A DNA stretch of 64,000 bases, taken from contig CANIRZ010000001.1 of the NCBI GenBank assembly GCA_947470185.1, positions 94,013 through 158,012 of the forward strand, read 5' to 3'. The DNA comes from Sphingomonadales bacterium (GTDB taxonomy: Bacteria; Pseudomonadota; Alphaproteobacteria; Sphingomonadales; Sphingomonadaceae). The position numbers were made by a program, and so were the translations under genes. Position 1 is the stretch's first letter. Every line of letters starts with the position of its first letter. Below, in pieces: positions 45,088-54,493 of the stretch. The notes under the pieces are model-generated. The model was not told the DNA's origin. It saw only the letters and a program-made list of their open reading frames with translations, and did not search any database.

Positions 45088-45276
45088 CAGGGGATCAGCC
45101 TAAAGCAGGCAGATGGGTGCAGGCAGAAACCTTTTAACTTGATGAATGGCGAAGCTTTCCCATCGACAAGTGTAGCGTGCAATGTCACGGCTTTATTTTG
45201 GAATGAAGGTGTGACAACACCCTAAGTCAAACAAAGGCCGAAACGATATTGTTCGGGTCGCAGGGAAGAGATCATT

Positions 45277-46431
45277 ATGGATACCGATGTTTTTGAGCAG
45301 TTCATTGAGCAGCTTCAGCGTTATGTGCGCGAGCGCTTGATTCCGGCTGAAAAAGAAATTCTCGAAACGGACACTATCCCGGAAGCCATCGTGTTGGAAA
45401 TGCGCGACATGGGTCTGTTTGGCTTAACTATGCCGGAGGAATATGGCGGTGCGGGGATGAATATTCAGCAATATATCCGCACCATTCGTGAACTTAGCTA
45501 CGCCATGCCCTGCTATCGGTCTATCACGTCGATCAACATCGGCATGGTGAGTTCGGCATTCAAGAACGGCGCTACAGACGCGCAAAAGGCTGAATGGTTG
45601 CCACGACTTGCAGCAGGGGAGATTGCTTCATTCGGGCTTACAGAGCCAGGCTCAGGGTCCGATTCTGCCGCCATGCAGACCATCGCCATCAAATCGGGTA
45701 ACGGTTGGGTTCTTAACGGCACAAAGCGTTATATCACCAATGCGCCTTTTGCGAACGTCGCGTTGATTATGGCGCGGACAAGCAAGGAGGCCTTGCCTAA
45801 AAATGCCCATGTTTCCGCTTTCATTGTGCCTATGGATACCCCCGGCATTAGCGTGGGTAAGTCCGACAAGAAAATGGGGCAGTCGGGCAGTCATATCGCC
45901 GATATCACTATGGATGATGTGAAACTGCCTGCGGACGCAATTTTGGGGGGTGAAGAAGGCAAGGGCTTCGCATTTGCGATGAAAAGCCTCGATAATGGGC
46001 GTTTGTCCATCGGGGCTGCTGCGACAGGCTATGCACGTCGCGCGCTCGACAGTGCGTTGCGTTATGCCAATGAACGCAAAGCGTTTGGTGAGCCAATTGC
46101 CAATTTCCAACTTATCCAGCAAATGCTGGCTGACAGCGACATTGAAATCTATGCGGCGGAAGCCATGTTGGAAGATGCCGCGCGCCGAGCAGACGCCGGA
46201 GAAAATGTGCTGCGCAAGGCCGCAGCGGTTAAGGTCTTCGCCAGCGAAATGTGCGGGCGCGTGGTTGACCGCGTTGTCCAAATTTATGGTGGCGCGGGAT
46301 ATCTGGCGGAATATGATGCTGAGCGTTTTTACCGCGATGCGCGGATCTACAGGATTTATGAAGGCACAACCCAAATCCTTCAGCTTCAGATTGCCAAACA
46401 TATGCTGCGCGATTGGGCTGCCCAAAACTGA
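45277..46431 (+). CDS. Acyl-CoA dehydrogenase, DcaA (adipyl-CoA dehydrogenase)-like
   Basis: FGLTEPGSGSD, LNGTKRYITNAP, KKMGQSGSH, EMCGRVVDRVVQIYGGAGY, RIYEGTTQ; recalled similarity to Acinetobacter DcaA. Confidence 0.8.
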   Translation: MDTDVFEQFIEQLQRYVRERLIPAEKEILETDTIPEAIVLEMRDMGLFGLTMPEEYGGAGMNIQQYIRTIRELSYAMPCYRSITSINIGMVSSAFKNGATDAQKAEWLPRLAAGEIASFGLTEPGSGSDSAAMQTIAIKSGNGWVLNGTKRYITNAPFANVALIMARTSKEALPKNAHVSAFIVPMDTPGISVGKSDKKMGQSGSHIADITMDDVKLPADAILGGEEGKGFAFAMKSLDNGRLSIGAAATGYARRALDSALRYANERKAFGEPIANFQLIQQMLADSDIEIYAAEAMLEDAARRADAGENVLRKAAAVKVFASEMCGRVVDRVVQIYGGAGYLAEYDAERFYRDARIYRIYEGTTQILQLQIAKHMLRDWAAQN

Positions 46432-46448
46432 TGTCGGGGGGCTGATGC

Positions 46449-47651
46449 GTGTATAATCTGTTGGATGGTCTTAAGATTATCGAGGCGTCATCCTTTGTGG
46501 CATCGCCAACAGCTGGTCTGTATTGCGCGCAGTTCGGGGCAGAGGTGATCCGTGTCGATCAGGTTGGTGGCGGCCCAGATTACCATCGTTGGCCAGTGAC
46601 AGAGGCGAATGACTCGCTGTACTGGGAAAATCTAAACCGCGCCAAAAAATCAGTCGCGCTTGATCTATCCAGCCCACAAGGCCGCGAATTACTGCAGGAA
46701 TTGGTGCAGGCAACGGGGCAGTTCATCACCAACTTTCCCGCTGAGGGTTTCCTATCGCATGCGAAACTATCGGAAAAGCGACATGACTTGGTCACCGTCC
46801 GGGTCATGGGTTGGGCCGACGGAGCGCCTGCACTGGATTATACCGTGAACAATGCAGTGGGTTATCCGATGATGACCGGCGTGGGTCCCGCGCCTGTTAA
46901 TCATGTCTTGCCTGCATGGGATTTGCTTAGCGGCGCGTATGCTGCATTTGCCATGCTCGCGGCCATCCGGCGGCGCGAACAGACAGGTGAGGGCAGCGAG
47001 GTTCGTGTACCCCTTTCTGACGTTGCCATCGGCACTGTCGCCAATTTGGGCGGAATAGCAGAGGTGCTGCACAACAACGCCAATCGCCCCAGGCTTGGGA
47101 ACGCGGTCTATGGTTTGTTTGGACGCGACTTTGTGACCAAAGATAATGTGCGGACAATGATCGTTGTTGTCACACACCGACAATGGGCGAACCTGCTTAG
47201 CGCACTTGGATTAAGCAATGCGGTTGAATCTGTCGAAACGAAACGGAGCGTCAGTTTCGCCACGGATGATGGTCTGCGTTTTGAGCATCGCGATGCGCTT
47301 TATCCCTTGTTTGAAAAGGCGATTGCTGCACTTGACCATGTCCGGATGGCGGCGATGCTTGACGACGCAGGTATAGTCCATTCTGTATATCAAACGATGT
47401 TGGATGCCGCGCATGACCAGCGTCTGGTCGTTGATAATCCAATGTTTACGGCGTTTAACGCCAACCCATCGGGCTTTAGCTACCCTGCTGCGGGTGCCTT
47501 TGGCACCATACCCCAAATGGAGCGTGGTGACGCCAAGGGAGCCCCGCGCAACGGTCAGCATAGCGAGGAAATATTGAGCGCTTCGCTCGGTCTGTCCTCA
47601 GGCGAAATCGCCCGCCTCATCGACTCTGGAATAGTAGGAATTGCCACATGA
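46449..47651 (+). CDS. mct: Family III CoA-transferase, mesaconyl-CoA C1-C4 transferase (Mct)-like
   Basis: SSFVASP, GGGPDYHRWPVT, FITNFPA, DYTVN, NHVLPAWD (catalytic Asp) and GNAVYGLFGRDF closely follow Chloroflexus Mct as recalled. Confidence 0.75.
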   Translation: MYNLLDGLKIIEASSFVASPTAGLYCAQFGAEVIRVDQVGGGPDYHRWPVTEANDSLYWENLNRAKKSVALDLSSPQGRELLQELVQATGQFITNFPAEGFLSHAKLSEKRHDLVTVRVMGWADGAPALDYTVNNAVGYPMMTGVGPAPVNHVLPAWDLLSGAYAAFAMLAAIRRREQTGEGSEVRVPLSDVAIGTVANLGGIAEVLHNNANRPRLGNAVYGLFGRDFVTKDNVRTMIVVVTHRQWANLLSALGLSNAVESVETKRSVSFATDDGLRFEHRDALYPLFEKAIAALDHVRMAAMLDDAGIVHSVYQTMLDAAHDQRLVVDNPMFTAFNANPSGFSYPAAGAFGTIPQMERGDAKGAPRNGQHSEEILSASLGLSSGEIARLIDSGIVGIAT

Positions 47652-48862
47652 ATAAGCTTCGCCGTGCAGCCATTGTTGCCCCTATCCGAACGCCTGTTGG
47701 CAAATTTGGCGGTGCGCTTGCCTCGTTAAATGCAGGGGAATTGGGCGGCATCATCCTGAAGGCACTGATAGAGCGAACGAAGATTGATCCCGCACGGGTC
47801 GATGATGTTGTCTTTGCCCAAGGCTATGGCAGTGGCGAAGCACCATGTATCGGCCATTGGTCTTGGTTGGCGGCGGGGCTGCCGATTGAAGTACCTGGTT
47901 ATCAGATTGACCGACGTTGTGGTTCCGGCCTGCAAGCAATCGCGAATGCTGCAATGATGGTTCAGACCGGTGTTAGCGACATTGTCGTGGCCGGTGGATG
48001 TGAAAGCATGTCCAACGTAGAACATTACACCACCGATATTCGCAAGGGCGTTCGCGCGGGCAACTTGACGTTGCATGACCGGTTGACGCGCGGCCGGTTG
48101 ATGAGCCAGCCCGTCGAGCGCTTTGGCGCGATCAGTGGTATGATTGAGACGGCCGAAAATCTGGCGAAAGATCATGACATCAGTCGTGAAGCCTGCGACG
48201 CATATGCAGCGCGGTCGCATCAGCGCGCGGCGGCAGCATGGGCAAATGGTCTGTTTGACGATGAATTGGTGCCCATCAGCATCGCCCAACGAAAGGGCGA
48301 CCCGATCATCTTCGATCATGATGAAGGCTATCGTGCCGATGCGACGGCCGAGACCATGGGAGCCTTGCGTCCGTTGGAAGGTGGGGTCGTCACCGCTGGT
48401 AATGCAAGCCAGCAGAATGACGCTGCTGCGGCCTGCTTGGTTGTGGCAGAGGACAAACTTGAAGAACTCGGGCTTGAACCCATCGCCTATTTTCATAGCT
48501 GGGCGGCGGCAGGCTGCGAACCGTCACGCATGGGCTATGGCCCTGTGCCCGCCACAGAGCGTCTGTTCGCGCGTAATGGCCTTAGCTGGAGCGACATCGG
48601 CCTGATTGAACTTAACGAGGCCTTTGCCCCGCAAGTTCTGGCTTGTCTCAAGGGCTGGGGCTGGTCCGATGATGACAGCCGCCATGACATGCTCAACGTC
48701 AATGGTTCGGGGATTTCGCTAGGCCATCCGATTGGTGCAACGGGTGGTCGCATATTGGCGAACCTCACCCGCGAAATGCATCGCAGGGATGTCCGTTTCG
48801 GGCTTGAAACCATGTGCATTGGTGGCGGTCAGGGAATTGCGGCGGTGTTCGAGCGCGCATGA
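47648..48862 (+). CDS. Acetyl-CoA C-acyltransferase (thiolase)
   Basis: RRCGSG, ELNEAFA, GHPIGATG, CIGGGQG. Confidence 0.93.
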   Translation: MNKLRRAAIVAPIRTPVGKFGGALASLNAGELGGIILKALIERTKIDPARVDDVVFAQGYGSGEAPCIGHWSWLAAGLPIEVPGYQIDRRCGSGLQAIANAAMMVQTGVSDIVVAGGCESMSNVEHYTTDIRKGVRAGNLTLHDRLTRGRLMSQPVERFGAISGMIETAENLAKDHDISREACDAYAARSHQRAAAAWANGLFDDELVPISIAQRKGDPIIFDHDEGYRADATAETMGALRPLEGGVVTAGNASQQNDAAAACLVVAEDKLEELGLEPIAYFHSWAAAGCEPSRMGYGPVPATERLFARNGLSWSDIGLIELNEAFAPQVLACLKGWGWSDDDSRHDMLNVNGSGISLGHPIGATGGRILANLTREMHRRDVRFGLETMCIGGGQGIAAVFERA

Positions 48863-50451
48863 GATTTGCCGCCGCTCTGGACGCTGCCGAGGGCTACCGC
48901 GATGCGGCGAAGGCCGCGTTGGTCGCGCGCCTATCGGAGCGGTCGATTGAAACAGACCAGCGCGCAGCGCATGGCTTTGCATGGGTGGCAACCAGCGTTG
49001 CTGCGTTGGATGCCGTTCACCTTTGGCTCGATAGCAATGGCGGCGGGACACAGTTGGACCGTCACATTGCCTCCATTATTTTTACGGAGACCTTGGGCCA
49101 ACTGACGGGCGGCCTGCCAATGGGGCAGAACGAGATATTTCGGCCCGTCGACCTTGGGATAAACAACGCGGCCCAGTCACTGGCAAAAAATTGCGCGCCT
49201 TGGTTGCACGCCGATCAATCCGATACGCGCGGGGCAGTTGCGCAGGCGTTGGCAGAGGGCCAGATGCCAAGCGAAAGCCTGCATGACGCCGAAGTCGACG
49301 CTATCCGTGACCAATATCGGCGGTTTACGACAAGCGAGATATTGCCGCACGCCCATAATTGGCATCTCGCGAATGACCTTATTCCAGATGCAACCATCGC
49401 CGACATGGCCGCGCTTGGAACTTTCGGCGTGTGCATCCCCGCTGAATATGGCGGTTTGGGATTATCCAAGCTGGTCATGTGCGTTGTTACAGAAGAGCTA
49501 TCGCGCGGCTGGATTGGCGCGGGGTCGCTTAGCACGCGATCAGAAATCGCGGGCGAATTGATTTCAATGGGCGGCACGGAAGCGCAAAGGACGTTCTGGT
49601 TGCCCAAGATTGCAAGCGGGGAAATACTTCCAACTGCCGTATTTACTGAGCCAGATACCGGCTCTGACCTTGGCGCGCTTCAGACGCGGGCGCGGCGCGA
49701 TAATGGCAATTGGATTATAAGCGGGGCGAAGACCTGGATTACCCATGCAAGCCGTTCTGACCTCATGACAATGCTTGTGCGGACCGCCCCCGAGGAAAAG
49801 GGCTATGCCGGGCTGTCTATGCTGTTGGTGCCAAAGCAACGGGGAACACAGGCTGACCTGTTTCCGGCTGCTGGTATGTCGGGTAGTGAAATCGAAGTCC
49901 TCGGTTATCGCGGCATGCGGGAATATGCGCTGCAATTTGATGCTATGATCGCCCCTGATGACGCTCTGTTGGGTGGTGAGGAAGGGCAGGGTTTCAAGCA
50001 GTTGATGCGCACATTCGAAGGTGCGCGTATCCAGACAGCGGCGCGGGCAGTCGGTGTTGCGAAACGCGCGCTGGAGCTAGGTTTGGATTATGCCACCAAC
50101 CGCAAGCAATTCGGCAAAGCTATCATCGGGTTCCCGCGCGTGGCCGATAAACTTGCCATGAGCTTGGCGGATTTCGTGATGACACGTGAGCTGACCTACG
50201 CTGCGGCCCGTGCAAAGGACTCCGGCAAAAGATGCGACATTGAAGCGGGCATGGCAAAGCTGCTCGCCGCTCGCGCTGCGTGGAGCAATGCCGATGCTGC
50301 GTTGCAAATTCACGGCGGCAATGGCTATGCGCTGGAATATGAAATCAGCCGCGTTTTATGCGATGCGCGGATCTTGAACATTTTCGAAGGGGCCGCGGAA
50401 ATTCAGGCACAGGTCATTGCCAAGGGCCTTATCGGAGGACGGAGTTCATGA
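48859..50451 (+). CDS. mcd: (2S)-methylsuccinyl-CoA dehydrogenase (Mcd)-like acyl-CoA dehydrogenase
   Basis: N-terminal extension (QRAAHGFAWVAT, GGLPMGQNEIFRP); LPTAVFTEPDTGSDL, GSEIEVLGYRGMREY and RILNIFEGAAEIQAQVIA typical of ethylmalonyl-CoA pathway Mcd; ATGA overlap. Confidence 0.8.
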   Translation: MRFAAALDAAEGYRDAAKAALVARLSERSIETDQRAAHGFAWVATSVAALDAVHLWLDSNGGGTQLDRHIASIIFTETLGQLTGGLPMGQNEIFRPVDLGINNAAQSLAKNCAPWLHADQSDTRGAVAQALAEGQMPSESLHDAEVDAIRDQYRRFTTSEILPHAHNWHLANDLIPDATIADMAALGTFGVCIPAEYGGLGLSKLVMCVVTEELSRGWIGAGSLSTRSEIAGELISMGGTEAQRTFWLPKIASGEILPTAVFTEPDTGSDLGALQTRARRDNGNWIISGAKTWITHASRSDLMTMLVRTAPEEKGYAGLSMLLVPKQRGTQADLFPAAGMSGSEIEVLGYRGMREYALQFDAMIAPDDALLGGEEGQGFKQLMRTFEGARIQTAARAVGVAKRALELGLDYATNRKQFGKAIIGFPRVADKLAMSLADFVMTRELTYAAARAKDSGKRCDIEAGMAKLLAARAAWSNADAALQIHGGNGYALEYEISRVLCDARILNIFEGAAEIQAQVIAKGLIGGRSS

Positions 50452-51305
50452 GCGCATGGGATGCATGGATCGGGCGCGAGGAGGTGCGGACAGATCGGAT
50501 CGATGATGGTCTGGCGTCGCGCTGGCTTGCGACATTGGATCGCGCTGCGCCGGGTGACAACACCGTGGCACAGGGTCTTCATTGGTGCCTGTGCGTGCCG
50601 GACGCCTCGACAGCCCAGCTTGGCCCTGATGGTCATCCTGCGCGTCATGATAGCCCGGATAGTTTCCTTCCCCCCGTGCCGCTACCCCGCCGGATGTGGG
50701 CATCAAGCAAGGTGGAATTTTTTGCGCCCTTGATTTTTGGGGAGGCAGTTTCGCGGACGTCGCGGATTATATCCATTACCGAAAAATCTGGCGGATCGGG
50801 CCAATTGGTCTTTGTCGATGTAGCGCATGAAACTTTTGGCGAAGCCGGCCTTACGGTTCGCGAGGTGCAGAGCATCGTCTATCGCGACGCTGCGGCATCA
50901 GATGCGCCTTTGTCCCCACCTGTTGTCGGTGATGAGGCATTTGATGCAAGCGGGTGGGACAGCCACCGCATGCTTGTCCCCAGCGCACCATTGTTGTTCC
51001 GCTTCTCTGCGCTGACCTTTAACAGTCACCGCATCCATTATGACTTGCCCTATGCGCAAGACGCGGAACGCTATCGCGGACTCGTCGTCCATGGTCCGTT
51101 GACGGCTACATTGTTGCTGGATTTGGCACGTCGCGAGATTGGCGACAACGCGCTGGCAAATTTTGCATTTAGAGGTCTTTCGCCCGCGATCTGTGGCGAG
51201 GTTTTACATCTGGTGATGCGGGCGCAGGACGATACCATTGAACTCGGCGCTTTCGCAGCCGATGGGCGGCACGTCATGGCGGCTTCGGCCATCAAGAAAG
51301 TTTGA
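50448..51305 (+). CDS. Double hot-dog hydratase, mesaconyl-C4-CoA/itaconyl-CoA hydratase (Meh/Ich)-like
   Basis: LGPDGHP, FLPPVPLPRRMWA, LFRFSALTFNSHRIHYD, GLVVHGPL; ATGA overlap. Confidence 0.8.
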   Translation: MSAWDAWIGREEVRTDRIDDGLASRWLATLDRAAPGDNTVAQGLHWCLCVPDASTAQLGPDGHPARHDSPDSFLPPVPLPRRMWASSKVEFFAPLIFGEAVSRTSRIISITEKSGGSGQLVFVDVAHETFGEAGLTVREVQSIVYRDAAASDAPLSPPVVGDEAFDASGWDSHRMLVPSAPLLFRFSALTFNSHRIHYDLPYAQDAERYRGLVVHGPLTATLLLDLARREIGDNALANFAFRGLSPAICGEVLHLVMRAQDDTIELGAFAADGRHVMAASAIKKV

Positions 51306-51306
51306 A

Positions 51307-52482
51307 ATGACCGACAATGACAACATTTCTGAAATCCGGCGTTCGGTTCAGGCATTATGCGCCGAATTCCCCGGCGCATATTGGCGCGAAAAAGACAGCG
51401 CGCGCGCCTATCCCGCAGAGTTTGTCGATGCGCTGACTAAAGCAGGGTTTCTCGCTGCATTGATCCCTGAAAGCTACGGCGGGTCAGGGCTAAAGCTGGA
51501 TGATGCAGCGGTGATTATGGAAGAAATCCAAGCCGCCGGGTGCAACGGCGCGTCGGCGCATGCACAGATGTATATTATGAATACGCTGCTGAAATATGGC
51601 AGCGAGGAACAGAAGCAGGAGTATCTGCCGCGTATCGCCACCGGCGAATTGCGCTTACAGGCATTTGGCGTTTCCGAGCCTACCAGCGGCACAGACACGC
51701 TCTCGTTGCGCACCGTTGCCGTGCGTGATGGTGACGAATATGTCATAAATGGTCAGAAAATCTGGACAAGCCGCGCGGAATATTCCGACCTGATGATGTT
51801 GCTTGCGCGGACAACGCCGCGTGAAGATGTGGCTAGCAAGACCGAAGGGCTTTCCATCTTTTTGGTCGATATGCGCAAGGTTGTTGGACCAAAATCCGAA
51901 GCGGGTGGGGGCATGACGATTAAGCCAATCCGCACGATGATGAACCATTCAACGACGGAGGTTTTCTTCGACGATATGCGCATCCCCGCTTCCGCGCTTA
52001 TCGGTGAAGAGGGTAAGGGGTTTCGCTACATACTTTCGGGTATGAATGCCGAACGGATATTGATTGCCGCCGAATGCATCGGTGACGCCAAATGGTTTAT
52101 TAAAAAAGCGACCGATTACGCAAGCGAGCGCAATGTTTTCGGACGCGCCATTGGTCAGAACCAAGGCGTGCAGTTCCCGATTGCGCGTTGCTATGCGCAG
52201 ATGTGTGCGGCCGAACTGATGGTGCATCATGCAGCGCAGGTTTTTGACGCAGGCGGCAATCCTGGCGCAGAGGCCAATATGGCCAAACTGCTGGCTTCTG
52301 AGGCAAGCTGGGCCGCTGCCGATATGTGCGTGCAGACGCATGGTGGTTTTGGCTTTGCCGAGGAATATGATGTCGAGCGCAAATTCCGTGAAGCACGCCT
52401 GTACACAGTTGCCCCGATCAGTACTAACCTGATCCTCAGCTATCTTGCCGAACATGTCCTCGGCCTGCCACGCAGCTATTGA
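51307..52482 (+). CDS. Acyl-CoA dehydrogenase of the type found in itaconate/methylsuccinate operons
   Basis: LCAEFPGAYWR, HAQMY, LRLQAFGVSEPTSGTD, NAERILIAAE, GQNQGVQFPIA, VAPISTNLILSY; recalled similarity to the P. aeruginosa itaconate-operon ACAD (PA0879). Confidence 0.75.
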   Translation: MTDNDNISEIRRSVQALCAEFPGAYWREKDSARAYPAEFVDALTKAGFLAALIPESYGGSGLKLDDAAVIMEEIQAAGCNGASAHAQMYIMNTLLKYGSEEQKQEYLPRIATGELRLQAFGVSEPTSGTDTLSLRTVAVRDGDEYVINGQKIWTSRAEYSDLMMLLARTTPREDVASKTEGLSIFLVDMRKVVGPKSEAGGGMTIKPIRTMMNHSTTEVFFDDMRIPASALIGEEGKGFRYILSGMNAERILIAAECIGDAKWFIKKATDYASERNVFGRAIGQNQGVQFPIARCYAQMCAAELMVHHAAQVFDAGGNPGAEANMAKLLASEASWAAADMCVQTHGGFGFAEEYDVERKFREARLYTVAPISTNLILSYLAEHVLGLPRSY

Positions 52483-52496
52483 GAAGGAATTAGTCC

Positions 52497-53663
52497 GTGA
52501 ATTTCGAACTCGCTGAAGAGCACCGAATGCTTAAAGACCTCGTCCGCAAATTTGTGGACGCGCAACTCATGCCGCTGGAAAGCGACGTATTGGTGCGCGA
52601 GACAGTGGGCCAAGGCAGCTATCTGACTAAGGATGAGCAGGCGCGGGTCGATATCGTTTCCAAAGACCTTGGACTTTGGGGGCTTGATGCACCCGAAGAA
52701 GTTGGCGGGATGAACCTTCCCATGGTCGCTATGGTTGGCGTGGGCGAGGAACTTGGGCGGACCGTTACACCCTATACGATCCCGCCAGATTCACCCAATC
52801 TGCGTATGATGATGGCTGCCGCTGACGAAAAGCAACGCGAACATTATCTGGCCCCTTATGTTCGCGGAGAGACGATTTCTGCCATCGGCATTTCAGAGCC
52901 GGGTGCTGGCGCCGATCCGCAGTTGATGAAAACCACTGCAGTTCAAGATGGCGACGACTGGATCATTAACGGCCGCAAAATCTGGATTACCAAAGCGGAT
53001 GAAGCCGATTTTACGATCTTGATGGCGGTAACCGACAAAAATGCGGAAGGCCGCAACGGCATGTCTGCATTTCTGGTCGACCGCGACACGCCCGGGTTCA
53101 ACGTCCTGCGCAAAATCCCAATGATCGACGGCACCGCGACCTATGAGATTGCGCTTGATGATTGCCGTGTTCCGGGGTGGAAGTTGCTTGGAAAACGCGG
53201 GCAAGGATTTCTGCCGATGCAAGTGCGTCTGGGCACAAGGCGGATTGAAATGGCGTCATGGTCGATTGGCATGGCGCAACGCGCGCTCGATATGATGATC
53301 GAATATGCGCCGCAGCGGGTCACATTTGGAAAGCCGCTTTCGTCACGTCAGACAGTGCAAAACTGGGTATCGGATGCCGCAACGCGCATTCATGCGATGC
53401 GGTTGATGACCTATGACTGCGCGTGGAAAATGGATGAAGGCCACGACACAAGGCAGGAAATCTCGATGATCAAATCCTATTGCACCGAAACCGCATATAA
53501 CATTGTCGACCATGCAATGCAGATGTTTGGTGGCATGGGTATGACGCGCGAAATGCCGCTCTATCTGCTGTCGAACAAGCTACGCACGATGCGCATTTAC
53601 GATGGACCAACCGAAATTCACAACTGGGTGGTGGCGCGCGACTTGCTTGGAACGCGGGACTGA
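52497..53663 (+). CDS. Acyl-CoA dehydrogenase (Asp at usual catalytic Glu position)
   Basis: ISEPGAGAD, INGRKIWIT, MQMFGGMG, RIYDGPTEIH. Confidence 0.85.
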   Translation: MNFELAEEHRMLKDLVRKFVDAQLMPLESDVLVRETVGQGSYLTKDEQARVDIVSKDLGLWGLDAPEEVGGMNLPMVAMVGVGEELGRTVTPYTIPPDSPNLRMMMAAADEKQREHYLAPYVRGETISAIGISEPGAGADPQLMKTTAVQDGDDWIINGRKIWITKADEADFTILMAVTDKNAEGRNGMSAFLVDRDTPGFNVLRKIPMIDGTATYEIALDDCRVPGWKLLGKRGQGFLPMQVRLGTRRIEMASWSIGMAQRALDMMIEYAPQRVTFGKPLSSRQTVQNWVSDAATRIHAMRLMTYDCAWKMDEGHDTRQEISMIKSYCTETAYNIVDHAMQMFGGMGMTREMPLYLLSNKLRTMRIYDGPTEIHNWVVARDLLGTRD

Positions 53664-53707
53664 TCTAGCCAAAATTAGCACATAACGCCGGAGGAGGGCG
53701 CGAAACG

Positions 53708-54493
53708 ATGACCTATGAAACGATTACTTTGGATGTTGCCGACAATATCGCGACAATCACGCTCAACCGTCCCGAACGCATGAATGCGTGCTCGCTTGAG
53801 ATGGCGGGCGAGATAAATGACGCCGTTTCCAATGGCCTTGCCGATGCGCGCTGCCTTGTTATTACGGGGGCTGGTCGTGGCTTTTGTTCTGGTGCAGATC
53901 TGTCCGCGCGCGGCACACGTTCAATTTCAGGCGGTGAGGGTAGTTATATTGCGCTTACTCGACATTATAACCCGCTGATGATGAATCTTGCGCGCCTGAA
54001 TATGCCTATCATCACTGCCATAAATGGTGCTGCCGCTGGGGTAGGTTGCTCAATCGGGCTGTGCGGTGATTTTGTCATTGCAGGCAAATCGGGCTATTTT
54101 CTGCAGGCCTTCGTCAACATCGGCCTTGTGCCTGACGGCGGCGCATCTTGGATGCTTCCACGCTTGGTTGGCAAAGCCCGAGCGACAGAAATGATGATGC
54201 TCGGCGAGAAGATCAGCGGAGAAAAGGCCGCGGATTGGGGTATGATCTACAAATGCGTTGAGGATGAAGCGCTTCAGGCCGAAGCCCGCGCTCTTGCAAC
54301 CCGCCTCGCCAATGGACCAACGGTGGCTTATGCGGTGACACGCAAAAATATCCTGACTGCGCTGGAAAACTCTTACGCCGAACAATTGCTTGCCGAAGCT
54401 GAGGGGCAACGCATCGCGGGCAGTTCAACCGACGCGGCAGAAGGCTCGAAAGCCTTTGTGGAAAAGCGCAAAGCCGCGTTTACGGGGCAGTGA
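53708..54493 (+). CDS. Crotonase-family enoyl-CoA hydratase/isomerase, PaaG-like
   Basis: TLNRPE, GRGFCSGADL, INGAAAGVG, AFVNIGLVPDGG; GGAGGAGG RBS. Confidence 0.85.
   Translation: MTYETITLDVADNIATITLNRPERMNACSLEMAGEINDAVSNGLADARCLVITGAGRGFCSGADLSARGTRSISGGEGSYIALTRHYNPLMMNLARLNMPIITAINGAAAGVGCSIGLCGDFVIAGKSGYFLQAFVNIGLVPDGGASWMLPRLVGKARATEMMMLGEKISGEKAADWGMIYKCVEDEALQAEARALATRLANGPTVAYAVTRKNILTALENSYAEQLLAEAEGQRIAGSSTDAAEGSKAFVEKRKAAFTGQ

Noticed and set aside
46449-51305. Evidence for autotrophy by the 3-hydroxypropionate bicycle or a full ethylmalonyl-CoA pathway
   Set aside because: Key enzymes (malonyl-CoA reductase, propionyl-CoA synthase, Ccr, Ecm) are absent here and the context is beta-oxidative.
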